A stretch of DNA of 64,000 nucleotides, from assembly GCF_040564635.1 (NCBI RefSeq), contig NZ_CP159837.1:163801-227800 (forward strand), in the 5' to 3' direction. Made by a program: the position numbers and the translations under genes. Shown here piece by piece: positions 10,455 through 19,918 of this stretch; position 1 is the stretch's first letter, and every line of letters starts with the position of its first letter. The notes beneath the pieces were generated by a model. That model ran no database searches, was not told the origin of the DNA, and saw only the letters and a program-made list of their open reading frames with translations. The stretch is from Planktothricoides raciborskii GIHE-MW2 (GTDB lineage Bacteria; Cyanobacteriota; Cyanobacteriia; Cyanobacteriales; Laspinemataceae).

Positions 10455-12932
10455 ATGAATCCTGAAAACATCGATTGGGAAGAAAATTTACCACCCCCAA
10501 CCCCAGAAGAAGAAACACAAGCATTAATTAACGCGATTAGAAGATCGCGAGGATTTCGGCTGCTATTTGTCCAATGTTCTCCCCAAGCAGGGCAAAAAGT
10601 GATTGAGAAAGTTAAACAAGAATTACCCCAGAAAAAAATAGCGGTTTTGTCTTTGGATGAAACGCGAGATAAATTATATCCCTTGGTGGAAGCGTATCAA
10701 GACCAAGAAGTGTTATTCATTCGGGGATTAGAACATTCTTTATTAGCTTATGAAACGGAAAAAAGAACCGAAGGCTGGAATACTGAGGAAATTTATTCTT
10801 ATAGTTGGCATGGAGTGCCCCGAATTCTGAGTCACTTAAACCAACAACGGGAACAGTTTAGAGATAATTTTCCCCTCTGCTTCGTTTTTTTGCTGCCTCG
10901 GTTTGCCATTGACTATTTTATTCATCGCTGCCCCGATTTTTATGATTGGCGATCGGGCTGTTTTCAGATATCTTCAGATGATGCGGATTTAAGAGAAACT
11001 TCATCCAATTTATATAATTGGGTATTCAGTTTAAAGCCTCAAGCACGACAACAAGAAATCTTAAATATCCAAGCCCAACTCAAGCATCAGTCTTTACCTT
11101 TACCAAACCAAGCTAATTTATCTCTTCAACAAGCCCTATTACTTCACCTGGAAGACCGCTACAGTGAGGCGATCGAATCTTACGACAAAGCCCTACAAAT
11201 TAAACCCGATGACCAGGCAGCTTGGCACAACCGGGGCATTGCTTTGGGTAAATTACAACGCTACAGTGAAGCCATAGAATCTTACGAGAAAGCCCTAGAA
11301 ATTCAACCCGATTACCATCAAGCTTGGCACAACCGGGGCATTGCTTTGGGTAATTTACAACGCTACAGTGAAGCCATAGAATCTTACGACAAAGCCCTAC
11401 AAATTAAACCCGATGACCAGGCAGCTTGGCACAACCGGGGCATTGCTTTGGGTAAATTACAACGCTACAGTGAAGCCATAGAATCTTACGAGAAAGCCCT
11501 AGAAATTCAACCCGATTACCATCAAGCTTGGAACAACCGGGGCCTTGCTTTGGCTAATTTACAACGCTACAGTGAGGCCATAGAATCTTACGATAAAGCC
11601 CTAGAAATTCAACCTGATGACCATGAAGCTTGGTACAACAGGGGCCTTGCTTTGGATGATTTACAACGCTACAGTGAGGCAATAGAATCTTTCGACAAAG
11701 CCCTAGAAATTCAACCGGATGACCATCAAGCTTGGTACAACCGGGGCAATGCTTTTTATAATTTACAACGCTACAGTGAAGAGATCGAATCTTACGACAA
11801 AGCCCTAGAAATTCAACCCGATTACCATCAAGCTTGGTACAACCGGGGCAATGCTTTGGATAATTTACAACGCTACAGTGAGGCCATAGAATCTTACGAC
11901 AAAGCCCTAGAAATTCAACCCGATTTACATCAAGCTTGGAACAACCGGGGCAATGCTTTGGATGAATTACAACGCTACAGTGAGGCGATCGAATCTTACG
12001 AGAAAGCCCTAGAAATTCAACCCGATTACCATCAAGCTTGGTACAACCGGGGCATTGCTTTGGGTAATTTACAACGCTACAGTGAGGCGATAGAATCTTA
12101 CGACAAAGCCCTAGAAATTCAACCCAATTTCCATGAATCTTGGCACAACCGGGGCTATGCTTTGGGTAATTTACAACGCTACAGTGAGGCCATAGAATCT
12201 TACGACAAAGCCCTAGAAATTCAACCCGATTACCATCAAGCTTGGAACAACCGGGGCATTGCTTTGGGTAATTTACAACGCTACAGTGAAGCCATAGAAT
12301 CTTACGACAAAGCCCTAGAAATTCAACCCGATTACCATCAAGCTTGGTACAACCGGGGCATTGCTTTGGGTAATTTACAACGCTACAGTGAAGCCATAGA
12401 ATCTTACGACAAAGCCCTAGAAATTCAACCCGATTACCATCAAGCTTGGTACAACCGGGGCATTGCTTTGGGTAATTTACAACGCTACAGTGAGGCCATA
12501 GAATCTTATGACAAAGCCCTAGAAATTCTACCCGATGACTATGAAGCTTGGTACAACCGGGGCATTGCTTTGTTTAATTTACAACGCTACAGTGAGGCCA
12601 TAGAATCTTACGACAAAGCCCTAGAAATTCAACCCGATTTCCATGAAGATTGGTACAACCGGGGCATTGCTTTGGGTAATTTACAACGCTACAGTGAGGC
12701 CATAGAATCTTACGACAAAGCCCTAGAAATTAAACCCGATAAGCATGAAGCTTGGTACAATAAAGCTTGTGCTTATGCTTTGCAAGAGAAGCTTGAGTTG
12801 GCAATTAAAAATCTAGAAAAAGCCATTGAATTAAGTCCTGAAGAATATCGAGAAATGGCTCAAAATGACGCAGATTTTGATCGGATTCGGTCTGATGCCT
12901 GGTTTCAGGCATTGTTAATGGGAAATCATTAA
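10455..12932 (+). CDS. TPR-repeat protein (825 aa) with an N-terminal degenerate P-loop-NTPase-like domain and about 18 nearly identical 34-aa TPRs
   Basis: N-terminal FRLLFVQCSPQAGQKVIEKVKQEL resembles LLLYGPPGTGKTTLAKAVAKEL but lacks the GK[ST] residues. TPR unit YSEAIESYDKALEIQPDYHQAWYNRGIALGNLQR is repeated. The gene lies 127 bp downstream of the NTPase on the same strand. Confidence 0.7.
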   Translation: MNPENIDWEENLPPPTPEEETQALINAIRRSRGFRLLFVQCSPQAGQKVIEKVKQELPQKKIAVLSLDETRDKLYPLVEAYQDQEVLFIRGLEHSLLAYETEKRTEGWNTEEIYSYSWHGVPRILSHLNQQREQFRDNFPLCFVFLLPRFAIDYFIHRCPDFYDWRSGCFQISSDDADLRETSSNLYNWVFSLKPQARQQEILNIQAQLKHQSLPLPNQANLSLQQALLLHLEDRYSEAIESYDKALQIKPDDQAAWHNRGIALGKLQRYSEAIESYEKALEIQPDYHQAWHNRGIALGNLQRYSEAIESYDKALQIKPDDQAAWHNRGIALGKLQRYSEAIESYEKALEIQPDYHQAWNNRGLALANLQRYSEAIESYDKALEIQPDDHEAWYNRGLALDDLQRYSEAIESFDKALEIQPDDHQAWYNRGNAFYNLQRYSEEIESYDKALEIQPDYHQAWYNRGNALDNLQRYSEAIESYDKALEIQPDLHQAWNNRGNALDELQRYSEAIESYEKALEIQPDYHQAWYNRGIALGNLQRYSEAIESYDKALEIQPNFHESWHNRGYALGNLQRYSEAIESYDKALEIQPDYHQAWNNRGIALGNLQRYSEAIESYDKALEIQPDYHQAWYNRGIALGNLQRYSEAIESYDKALEIQPDYHQAWYNRGIALGNLQRYSEAIESYDKALEILPDDYEAWYNRGIALFNLQRYSEAIESYDKALEIQPDFHEDWYNRGIALGNLQRYSEAIESYDKALEIKPDKHEAWYNKACAYALQEKLELAIKNLEKAIELSPEEYREMAQNDADFDRIRSDAWFQALLMGNH
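11150..12760. repeat. About 16 tandem 102-bp DNA repeats (near-identical) encoding the TPR array
   Basis: Units such as caacgctacagtgaggccatagaatcttacgacaaagccctagaaattcaacccgattaccatcaagcttggtacaaccggggcattgctttgggtaatttaca recur with only a few substitutions each. Confidence 0.9.
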
Positions 12933-12962
12933 TTCTCTACGGACAAAATCCCTCTTTGTGTC

Positions 12963-13058
12963 CTCTGTGTCTCTGTGGTGAATTATCCAATCAATTTTAT
13001 TTTCCCATAGCGGGAAGATTCACCACAGAGACACAGAGGACACAAAGAATGTCTGTAG
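12963..13058. repeat. Perfect 31-bp inverted repeat (TCTTTGTGTCCTCTGTGTCTCTGTGGTGAAT ... rc) with a 34-nt loop, 30 bp after the TPR gene stop
   Basis: Seen directly. Related CACAAAGACACAAAGGGACACAAAGG motifs occur at about 54080, 56470, 63195 and 63385. Confidence 0.85.
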
Positions 13059-13059
13059 T

Positions 13060-13570
13060 CTGTAGGGGCCAAGCATTCGGGCAAGAATTTTCGGTTTTGA
13101 CAATTGATTATATGTCCGAATGCTTTGCCCAGGGACATTCTGGGTGTTGACCAATAAATTCTTTGCCCTAATTTAAGTAGGTGAACATAATTAATTGCAC
13201 TTTTCGTTCCCCAGGGTAAATCCTTGGATTCCCGCCTGCGCGGGAATGACAGTTTTTCTTCTGATCTGGTCTGTGGTGCATTTATTTCTGCCCGTCTACT
13301 TAGGGCGAAGCATTGGGGCCGTTAATTCTGGGTGTTGACCAATAAATTCTTTGCCGTGAATTAAGTAGGTGAACATAATTAATTGCACTTTTTGTTCCCC
13401 GCCGATAGGCTGTGGATTCCCGCCTTCGCGGGAATGACAGTTTTTCTTCTGATCTGGTCTGTGGTGCATTTATTTCTGCCCACCTACTTAGGGCTTTCGC
13501 ATTCGGGCAGTTAATTCTGGGTGTTGACCAATAAATTTTTTGCCCGAATGCTTCGCCCCTACAAGATCCT
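13060..13570. repeat. Tandem repeat with a 189-bp period, about 2.5 copies, containing GGATTCCCGCC.GCGGGAATGACAG cores and GCATTCGGGCAGTTAATTCTGGGTGTTGACC motifs
   Basis: The sequence ATTCTGGGTGTTGACCAATAAATTCTTTGCC recurs at about 13136, 13325 and 13514. Confidence 0.85.
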
Positions 13571-13614
13571 ACAGCCGCTATCATTAATAAGGAATCCAAA
13601 CGAAGACCTAAACC

Positions 13615-15522
13615 ATGACCATGCAAACGCCCGTAGATTTTCAAGACGCTTTTGATGTCGTAGTGGTGGGGGCGGGACATTCCGGTTGTGAAGCGGCCTT
13701 AGCCACCGCCCGTCTGGGGTGTCGCACCCTGCTGCTGACCTTAAATTTAGATAAAATCGCTTGGCAACCCTGCAACCCGGCAGTGGGTGGCCCAGCTAAG
13801 TCCCAGTTGACCCATGAGGTTGATGCCCTCGGTGGGGAAATTGGCAAAATGACCGATCGCACCTATTTGCAAAAGCGCGTCCTCAATGCTTCTCGTGGCC
13901 CTGCGGTTTGGGCATTACGGGCTCAAACCGACAAACGGGAATATGCCGCCGTGATGAGAAAAATCGTAGAAAACCAAGAAAACTTATCTCTGCGCGAAGG
14001 CATGGTCACGGACTTAGTGCTGAATAATCACGATGAAATTATCGGCGTAAAAACCTATTTTGGTGTCGCCTTTGCCTGCAAAGCCGTAATCTTAACCACC
14101 GGCACTTTTTTAGGTGGAATAATTTGGGTAGGAAATAAATCAATGGCCGCTGGTCGGGCCGGAGAATTTGCTGCCGTGGGTCTAACCGAAACTTTGAACA
14201 AATTAGGCTTTGAAACCGATCGCCTAAAAACCGGAACTCCTGCCCGCGTCGATAAGCGATCGGTGGACTATAGCAAAATGGAACCGCAACCGGGAGATGA
14301 AGATGTGCGGTGGTTTAGTTTTGACCCGGAAGTGTGGGTCGAACGGGAACAAATGAACTGTTATCTAACTCGAACCACGGCGGAAACTCATCGGTTAATT
14401 AAAGAAAATATCCACTTATCTCCGGTTTATGGCGGTTGGGTGGATGCCAAAGGGCCGCGCTATTGTCCCAGCATTGAAGATAAAATAGTCCGCTTTGCGG
14501 ATAAAGAAAGTCATCAAATCTTTATTGAACCGGAAGGGAGAGATATTCCCGAACTTTATATCCAAGGATTTTCTACGGGATTACCGGAAAATTTGCAACT
14601 ACAAATGTTGCGGAGTTTGCCCGGATTAGAAAAATGTGTCATGTTGCGTCCAGCTTATGCGGTGGAATATGATTATTTACCCGCCACCCAATGTTATCCC
14701 ACCTTGATGACCAAGAAAGTTTCGGGATTATTTTGTGCCGGACAAATTAATGGCACGACGGGTTATGAAGAAGCCGCCGCCCAAGGACTTGTAGCGGGCA
14801 TTAATGCCGCCCGGTTAGTGCGCGGTCAGGAAATGATTATTTTCCCTCGCGAACAAAGTTATATTGGCACATTAATTGACGATCTCTGCACCAAAGAATT
14901 ACGCGAACCGTATCGAATGTTAACCAGTCGGTCGGAATATCGGTTATTATTGCGTTCCGATAATGCCGATCGCCGCTTAACCCCGTTAGGTCGAGAAATT
15001 GGCTTAATCTGCGATCGCCGCTATCGTTTATTTACGGAAAAATATGCTAAAATAGCCGCAGAGAAAGAAAGGCTAGAAACGACCCGAATCAAAGAACATG
15101 AAGCAATAGGAAAAGCAATCTTTGCAGACACAAATCAGAAAATTAAAGGGTCAATTACCTTATCTGAACTGCTGCTGCGTCCGGGATTTCATTATAGTAA
15201 ATTTGAAAATTATGGACTGGCGAACCTAGAACTAAATCAAGCGGAAAAAGAAGGAGTAGAAATTGACATTAAATACTCTGGTTATATTGAAAGGCAGCAA
15301 CACCAAATCGACCAAATTAGTCGGAATGCTAACCGCAAATTACCCGCAGATTTAGACTATGCTCAAATCAATACTTTGTCCAAAGAAGCCAGAGAAAAAC
15401 TGGCCAAAGTCAAACCCTTAACCATTGGCCAAGCTTGCCGAATTGGGGGCGTAAATCCAGCGGATATTGATGCTTTGCTGATTTACTTAGAAGTGAGTAA
15501 ACGTCAATTAGCGATGAGGTAA
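13615..15522 (+). CDS. mnmG: tRNA uridine 5-carboxymethylaminomethyl modification enzyme MnmG (GidA)
   Basis: N-terminal FAD-binding motif [18 protein letters not shown] and full-length 635-aa conservation with GidA/MnmG. Confidence 0.9.
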   Translation: MTMQTPVDFQDAFDVVVVGAGHSGCEAALATARLGCRTLLLTLNLDKIAWQPCNPAVGGPAKSQLTHEVDALGGEIGKMTDRTYLQKRVLNASRGPAVWALRAQTDKREYAAVMRKIVENQENLSLREGMVTDLVLNNHDEIIGVKTYFGVAFACKAVILTTGTFLGGIIWVGNKSMAAGRAGEFAAVGLTETLNKLGFETDRLKTGTPARVDKRSVDYSKMEPQPGDEDVRWFSFDPEVWVEREQMNCYLTRTTAETHRLIKENIHLSPVYGGWVDAKGPRYCPSIEDKIVRFADKESHQIFIEPEGRDIPELYIQGFSTGLPENLQLQMLRSLPGLEKCVMLRPAYAVEYDYLPATQCYPTLMTKKVSGLFCAGQINGTTGYEEAAAQGLVAGINAARLVRGQEMIIFPREQSYIGTLIDDLCTKELREPYRMLTSRSEYRLLLRSDNADRRLTPLGREIGLICDRRYRLFTEKYAKIAAEKERLETTRIKEHEAIGKAIFADTNQKIKGSITLSELLLRPGFHYSKFENYGLANLELNQAEKEGVEIDIKYSGYIERQQHQIDQISRNANRKLPADLDYAQINTLSKEAREKLAKVKPLTIGQACRIGGVNPADIDALLIYLEVSKRQLAMR

Positions 15523-15530
15523 AATTTATT

Positions 15531-15625
15531 GGTTATTGGTTATTGGTTATTTGTTGTTTGGGGGTTGAATCGAATAACGAATAACCAGTAACAATCAACA
15601 GTCAACAGTCAACAGTCACCAAAAG
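15531..15625. repeat. Heptanucleotide microsatellites (TTGGTTA)n and (CAACAGT)n
   Basis: Seen directly. Confidence 0.85.
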
Positions 15626-15818
15626 CCCAGATATAATACGATAATCGATGACGCTGGTTGTAGCTGAATCAAGGTAGCAATTGTCATAGTTATGAAGTAC
15701 AAAAAAACCTGTCATTCCCGCGCAGGCGGGAATCCAGAAAAACTCTGTACTTCATTAGGACAATAACCGTTGTATAGCTTATATAGCTGGCAATATCACA
15801 TCACAGGTTTAGGAAATT

Positions 15819-17108
15819 ATGTCTCAGCAAAATGTCACAACCAAACCGGCTTCTGAGGAGCCGGTGGTAGGCTTTAAGGAACCCCAGCCACGCGGCTCGT
15901 TTTCCGTAGATGCGTATGCCGATCGCCTAATGGATGAGCTATTTGACGACATGGAGCATATTTTGGACGGGGGAAGACTGCCCACCCAGACCACCCCCCC
16001 ACCGGATCCAGTCTCGTTAAAATCCATTCAGGTGCCGCAAATTATTTTGCCGCAAATGCTCATCCCCCAACCGGAAACCCATCCGGTGAAAACCGCTGAA
16101 GCGGAAACCACCGAAACCCAAAAGCAAAAATCTGGGCGGTTACTAGATAAACTCTTGCTTGGTGGGGCTTGTGCGTCTTTGGTGATTTTGGTTGGTTTAC
16201 TGCTGTGGAACCGAGGGGATCTCCAGCGCTTTTGGGTTCTGGTGACTGGAGAAACCCCACAACCGACCGATCGCGTCGTGCCAAAAACTCCCGAACAACT
16301 TAAAGCCGAAGCTGATATTAAGTTTATGGAGTATATGCAGCGATCGCTGGCAACCATTCAGAGAGAAGGCGCAAAAGCCACCATTGCCACACCCCCACCA
16401 GCGGCACAAAATCAAGCAAACCTACCCATTCCGATGTCACCACCGCCTGTGAATGTGACAGTTAATCCCACGATCGCCGCCCAACCAGACTCCGGGAATT
16501 TAACCGAGGTACTCAACCGCATTGCGATCGCCCTGGAAAGACTAACCCTCACCGGCGCCCCTCCCACTCAAACCGTCAAAGTCCCGGCAAATCCTCCAGG
16601 GGCGCCCACCACTGCCGCCGCGCCGAAACCCGCACCGGCTCCCGCCCCCACCCAAGCGGCGAAACCCGCCACCCAAGGGGCGAAACCCGCCGCCCCTGCC
16701 GCCCCAGCCCCCAGCCCAGCCCCCAGCCCCTCGCCTAAACCCCAAGCAGAAGCGCCCAAACCCGCACCCGCTGCGCCGCAACAACCTGTAGCATCCCTTC
16801 CCAAACCGGAAGCCGCACCACCCCTGCCGGAACAACCAGCGGAAACCGCTGCCACCGCTCAACCAGAATCAGCCCCCACTGCTGCCCCCGCTGAATCAGC
16901 CGCCGCAGCGGTTCATACTTTGGTGGGAATTATCCAAGTGGGAGAGCGATCGGTTGCCTTATTTGAAATCAATGGGGCATCCCGCCGCATCAACATTGGT
17001 GAAAGCATTGGGTCTAGTGGCTGGACACTCGGCGAAATCAAAAACAAAGAAGCGGTGATTCGCCGCAATGGTGAAGTGCGTTCCATCTATGTGGGACAAA
17101 GCATTTAG
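15819..17108 (+). CDS. Pro/Ala-rich single-pass membrane protein with a PilP/GspC-like C-terminal beta domain (hypothetical)
   Basis: Acidic N-terminus, TM segment LLLGGACASLVILVGLLLW, about 200 aa of PAPA/PSPA low complexity, then LVGIIQVGERSVALFEINGASRRINIGESIGSSGWTLGEIKNKEAVIRRNGEV, which resembles the PilP fold pattern. Confidence 0.45.
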   Translation: MSQQNVTTKPASEEPVVGFKEPQPRGSFSVDAYADRLMDELFDDMEHILDGGRLPTQTTPPPDPVSLKSIQVPQIILPQMLIPQPETHPVKTAEAETTETQKQKSGRLLDKLLLGGACASLVILVGLLLWNRGDLQRFWVLVTGETPQPTDRVVPKTPEQLKAEADIKFMEYMQRSLATIQREGAKATIATPPPAAQNQANLPIPMSPPPVNVTVNPTIAAQPDSGNLTEVLNRIAIALERLTLTGAPPTQTVKVPANPPGAPTTAAAPKPAPAPAPTQAAKPATQGAKPAAPAAPAPSPAPSPSPKPQAEAPKPAPAAPQQPVASLPKPEAAPPLPEQPAETAATAQPESAPTAAPAESAAAAVHTLVGIIQVGERSVALFEINGASRRINIGESIGSSGWTLGEIKNKEAVIRRNGEVRSIYVGQSI

Positions 17109-17228
17109 CTATTTATTTTTGTTGACCGTTGATTGTTGATGGTTGACCGTTGATTGTTGATGGTTGATGGTTGACCGTCAACGTTCAAGGGTCAAGGGTC
17201 AAGGGTCAACGGTCAACCATCAACCATT
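17108..17228. repeat. Heptanucleotide repeats (GTTGATG/GTTGACC/GGTCAAG) arranged as an imperfect palindrome
   Basis: Seen directly between the Pro-rich gene and the PspA-like gene. Confidence 0.85.
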
Positions 17229-17247
17229 GAGTAAGGAATTATAAATA

Positions 17248-17823
17248 ATGAGTTTGTTTGATGATGTCAGTCGTTTTTTTGAAGACAAATTAGATGAATT
17301 TCTCCGCAATCATCCTCATCTGGAATTACAAGCTATTGAGGAGCAACTGCGAGAACAAGAAGATGATACTTTGCGATTAATTCGCGATGCCCAAAATAAA
17401 GAGAAACAATTACAAGAGCAAATTTTATCCACGGCTCAAGATATTCAACGCTGGCATGAACGAGTGAATAAAGCCAAAGCATCGGGCAGACAAGATTTAG
17501 CTCAAGCGGCACAAGAACGGGAAGCGGATTTATTGCGTCAGGGCAATCAACTTTGGGGAAAAATGCAAGCCGCCAAAGAACAAATCGAAAAAGGCAAAGA
17601 GTTATATCGTAAAATTCATGGTCAACGTTTGGAAGTGCAAAAAAAAGCCACAGAAGTAAAAGCAGCAACTAGCGATACCACTTCACCAACCGTCGATACT
17701 AAGATTTGGACTCAGAATTATAAATTTAATGACAATAGTAGCGCTGACCCCTTAGAAGATACTTTTCGTCGTTGGGAAATGGATCAGGAGTTAGATCATA
17801 TGAAAAGAAATATTGGCAGATAA
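17248..17823 (+). CDS. Short divergent PspA/IM30 (Vipp1)-family coiled-coil protein
   Basis: MSLFDDVSRFFEDKLDEFL...LEEQLREQEDDTLRLIRDAQNKEKQLQEQ...RWHERVNKAKASGRQDLAQAAQEREADL lines up with Vipp1/PspA MGLFDRLGRVVRANLNDLV...LEQAVIDMQEDLVQLRQAVA...KKWEDRAKLALTNGEENLAREALARKK. At 191 aa it is shorter than canonical PspA. Confidence 0.45.
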   Translation: MSLFDDVSRFFEDKLDEFLRNHPHLELQAIEEQLREQEDDTLRLIRDAQNKEKQLQEQILSTAQDIQRWHERVNKAKASGRQDLAQAAQEREADLLRQGNQLWGKMQAAKEQIEKGKELYRKIHGQRLEVQKKATEVKAATSDTTSPTVDTKIWTQNYKFNDNSSADPLEDTFRRWEMDQELDHMKRNIGR

Positions 17824-17829
17824 ATTAGG

Positions 17830-18060
17830 GTGTGGGGAGCGGGGGAAAGTGAAAAGTCGTAGGGGCGAATGGCCATTCGCCCGTACAAAAGTCGTAGGGG
17901 CGAATGGCCAAGAGAGAAAAGAGAGGAGAGAAAAGAGAGGAGAGAATATCTTTCCTCTTTCCTATGCATCCTCTTTCCTATGCATCCTCTTTCCTATGCA
18001 TCCTCCCTTTCACTATTCACTCTCCCCTCATCCCCCCGCCACCCTGCTATTTTCTAATTA
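17830..18060. repeat. Composite dispersed repeat element (GTCGTAGGGGCGAATGGCC units plus TCCTCTTTCCTATGCATCC triplets plus GAGAGAAAAGAGAGGA)
   Basis: Near-identical copies in the opposite orientation lie at 41610-41800 and 48040-48130. Confidence 0.8.
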
Positions 18061-18378
18061 TTCTCTGACTCCTAATCTGCCGGTCGCACCGCGTTGCATT
18101 GAGGTAATCTTTTCCGCCCCGGCAAAGACCCCTTCTCCTTGAATTTGAGAAATACTGGGTTTGATTTCTATTTTAATCACTCTAGAATTGGCGATCATTA
18201 CGGTTTGATCGAAGAGATGGAAAATAAACCAAGGTTTTTGTAAAAATTTGGCGATTTGTTGTTGAAATTGTTGGGGGGGAATGGGAATTTTATAAGAATC
18301 AGATTGTCCATCCACATAATAAAAGGTGACTTCGGTGCTATTTTCCGCCTGCATGGTGGCAAAAGAACCTCGAACCAT
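18058..18378 (-). CDS. Hypothetical protein (106 aa)
   Basis: Intact ORF with no recognisable family. Its C-terminal codons overlap the repeat element, so the true end is uncertain. Confidence 0.35.
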   Translation of the reverse strand: MVRGSFATMQAENSTEVTFYYVDGQSDSYKIPIPPQQFQQQIAKFLQKPWFIFHLFDQTVMIANSRVIKIEIKPSISQIQGEGVFAGAEKITSMQRGATGRLGVRE

Positions 18379-18508
18379 AATGATTGACTCCTAATTTTTT
18401 TTGGTGGTTATTGGTTATTGGTTATTGGTTGTTGGTTATTACTTTTTGGGTGATGTCAAGCAACCAATAAATCATGACCAATAACCAATAACAAAAAACT
18501 AATAAATG

Positions 18509-19918
18509 TTAACTTTTAGGCATCGCACTCATTTTTTCTAAGTCTAAAACCTTGGCTAATTCTGCTTCACTCATTAATTGTTTTTCCAGGACAATTTGTC
18601 GCAAGGATTTGCCAGTTTCTAGGGATTCTTTGGCAACAGCAGCGGCGTTGAGATAACCGATATGAGTGTTTAGTGCTGTGACTAAGGATAAACTGCCTTC
18701 GGCGTAGGCTAGACACCGATCGCGGTTGGCGGTGATTCCTGCTAGACCTCGCTGAGTTAGGGCGGCCAAGGTATTGCCCATCAGTTCAATGCTGTGAATT
18801 AGATTATAGGCAATTAAGGGCATCATTACGTTGAGTTCTAGTTGTCCAGCTTGGGAGGCTAGGGCGATCGCGCTGTCATATCCCATGACTTGAAAACAGA
18901 CCATTGAAGTCATTTCCGCCATGACCGGATTATATTTTCCGGGCATAATCGAGGAACCGGGTTGTACTGGGGGCAGTTGGATTTCCTTGAGGCCGGTTTT
19001 TGGCCCGGAGTCCATTAACCGCAAATCATGGGAAATTTTAATGCAGTCGGTGGCTAAATTCCGCAAGCAACCAGAGACATTCACAAACGGGGACATACTT
19101 TGCATAGCAGCCATCATGTTTGGCGCCGGTTGCAAGGGTTTGCCGATTAGTTCGGAGAGAATTTCTGTCACCCGATAGCGATATTGGGGATGGGTATTTA
19201 ATCCTGTCCCGGTGGCGCTGCCGCCAATGCCTAAGATCGTTAAATCTTCCTCAGCTTTTTTGATCCGGTTGAGGTGGTCGGTGAGAATATACGCCCAAGC
19301 CCGGAACCCTTCCCCCAGTCGGACGGGTACGGCGTCTTGGTTGTGGGTTCTGCCGGATTTGACGATATCTTGAAATTCCTCGGCTTTTTTCTCCAGGGTG
19401 GCGATCGCCTCTGCCAAAGCGGGATACAGGCTGTGTTCCAGGGCTAATAGCCCGCCAATGCGAATCGCCGTAGGGATCACATCATTGGTAGATTGACCAT
19501 AATTAACATGATCGTTAGGGCTGACTCGTTGGTAGTTGCCCTTGGTATCCCCCAAAATTTCTAGGGCGCGATTGGCCAATACTTCATTAATATTCATGTG
19601 ATGGGAGGTTCCGGCGCCTGCTTGGTAAACATCCACCACAAATTGATCCCGCAGTTTTCCTTGGAGAATTTCGTCCACGGCTTGAATAATTGCTGTGGCA
19701 ATTTCCGGGGAGATACAGTTAAGTTCTCCATTGGCTTTAGCGGTTGCTTTTTTAATCAGTAAGCAGGCATCTACATAAGTGGATAAGGGCTTGAGTCCAC
19801 TGATGGGAAAATTTTCAATCGCCCGGAGTGTTTGAATGCCATAATAGACATGGGCGGGAATTTCTCTAGACCCCATTGAGTCTCTTTCGAGCCGATATTC
19901 AGAATCTTTTGTCATCAA
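18509..19918 (-). CDS. aspA: Aspartate ammonia-lyase (aspartase)
   Basis: EIPAHVYYGIQTLRAIENFPISG, ...DVYQAGAGTSHHMNINEVLANRALEILG and the fumarate-lyase signature GSSIMPGKYNPVMAE are present. The N-terminal region follows the aspartase pattern rather than FumC. Confidence 0.85.
   Translation of the reverse strand: MMTKDSEYRLERDSMGSREIPAHVYYGIQTLRAIENFPISGLKPLSTYVDACLLIKKATAKANGELNCISPEIATAIIQAVDEILQGKLRDQFVVDVYQAGAGTSHHMNINEVLANRALEILGDTKGNYQRVSPNDHVNYGQSTNDVIPTAIRIGGLLALEHSLYPALAEAIATLEKKAEEFQDIVKSGRTHNQDAVPVRLGEGFRAWAYILTDHLNRIKKAEEDLTILGIGGSATGTGLNTHPQYRYRVTEILSELIGKPLQPAPNMMAAMQSMSPFVNVSGCLRNLATDCIKISHDLRLMDSGPKTGLKEIQLPPVQPGSSIMPGKYNPVMAEMTSMVCFQVMGYDSAIALASQAGQLELNVMMPLIAYNLIHSIELMGNTLAALTQRGLAGITANRDRCLAYAEGSLSLVTALNTHIGYLNAAAVAKESLETGKSLRQIVLEKQLMSEAELAKVLDLEKMSAMPKS

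Noticed and set aside
12956-13680. ORFs 12956-13150 (+) and 13300-13680 (-)
   Set aside because: They lie entirely within the inverted-repeat and 189-bp tandem-repeat complex. The second overlaps the mnmG start.
16028-16862. Several 70-110-aa ORFs antisense to the Pro/Ala-rich gene
   Set aside because: They are low-complexity Gly/Arg/Trp-rich translations of the reverse strand of PAPAPA-coding DNA, which makes them typical GC-skew artefacts.
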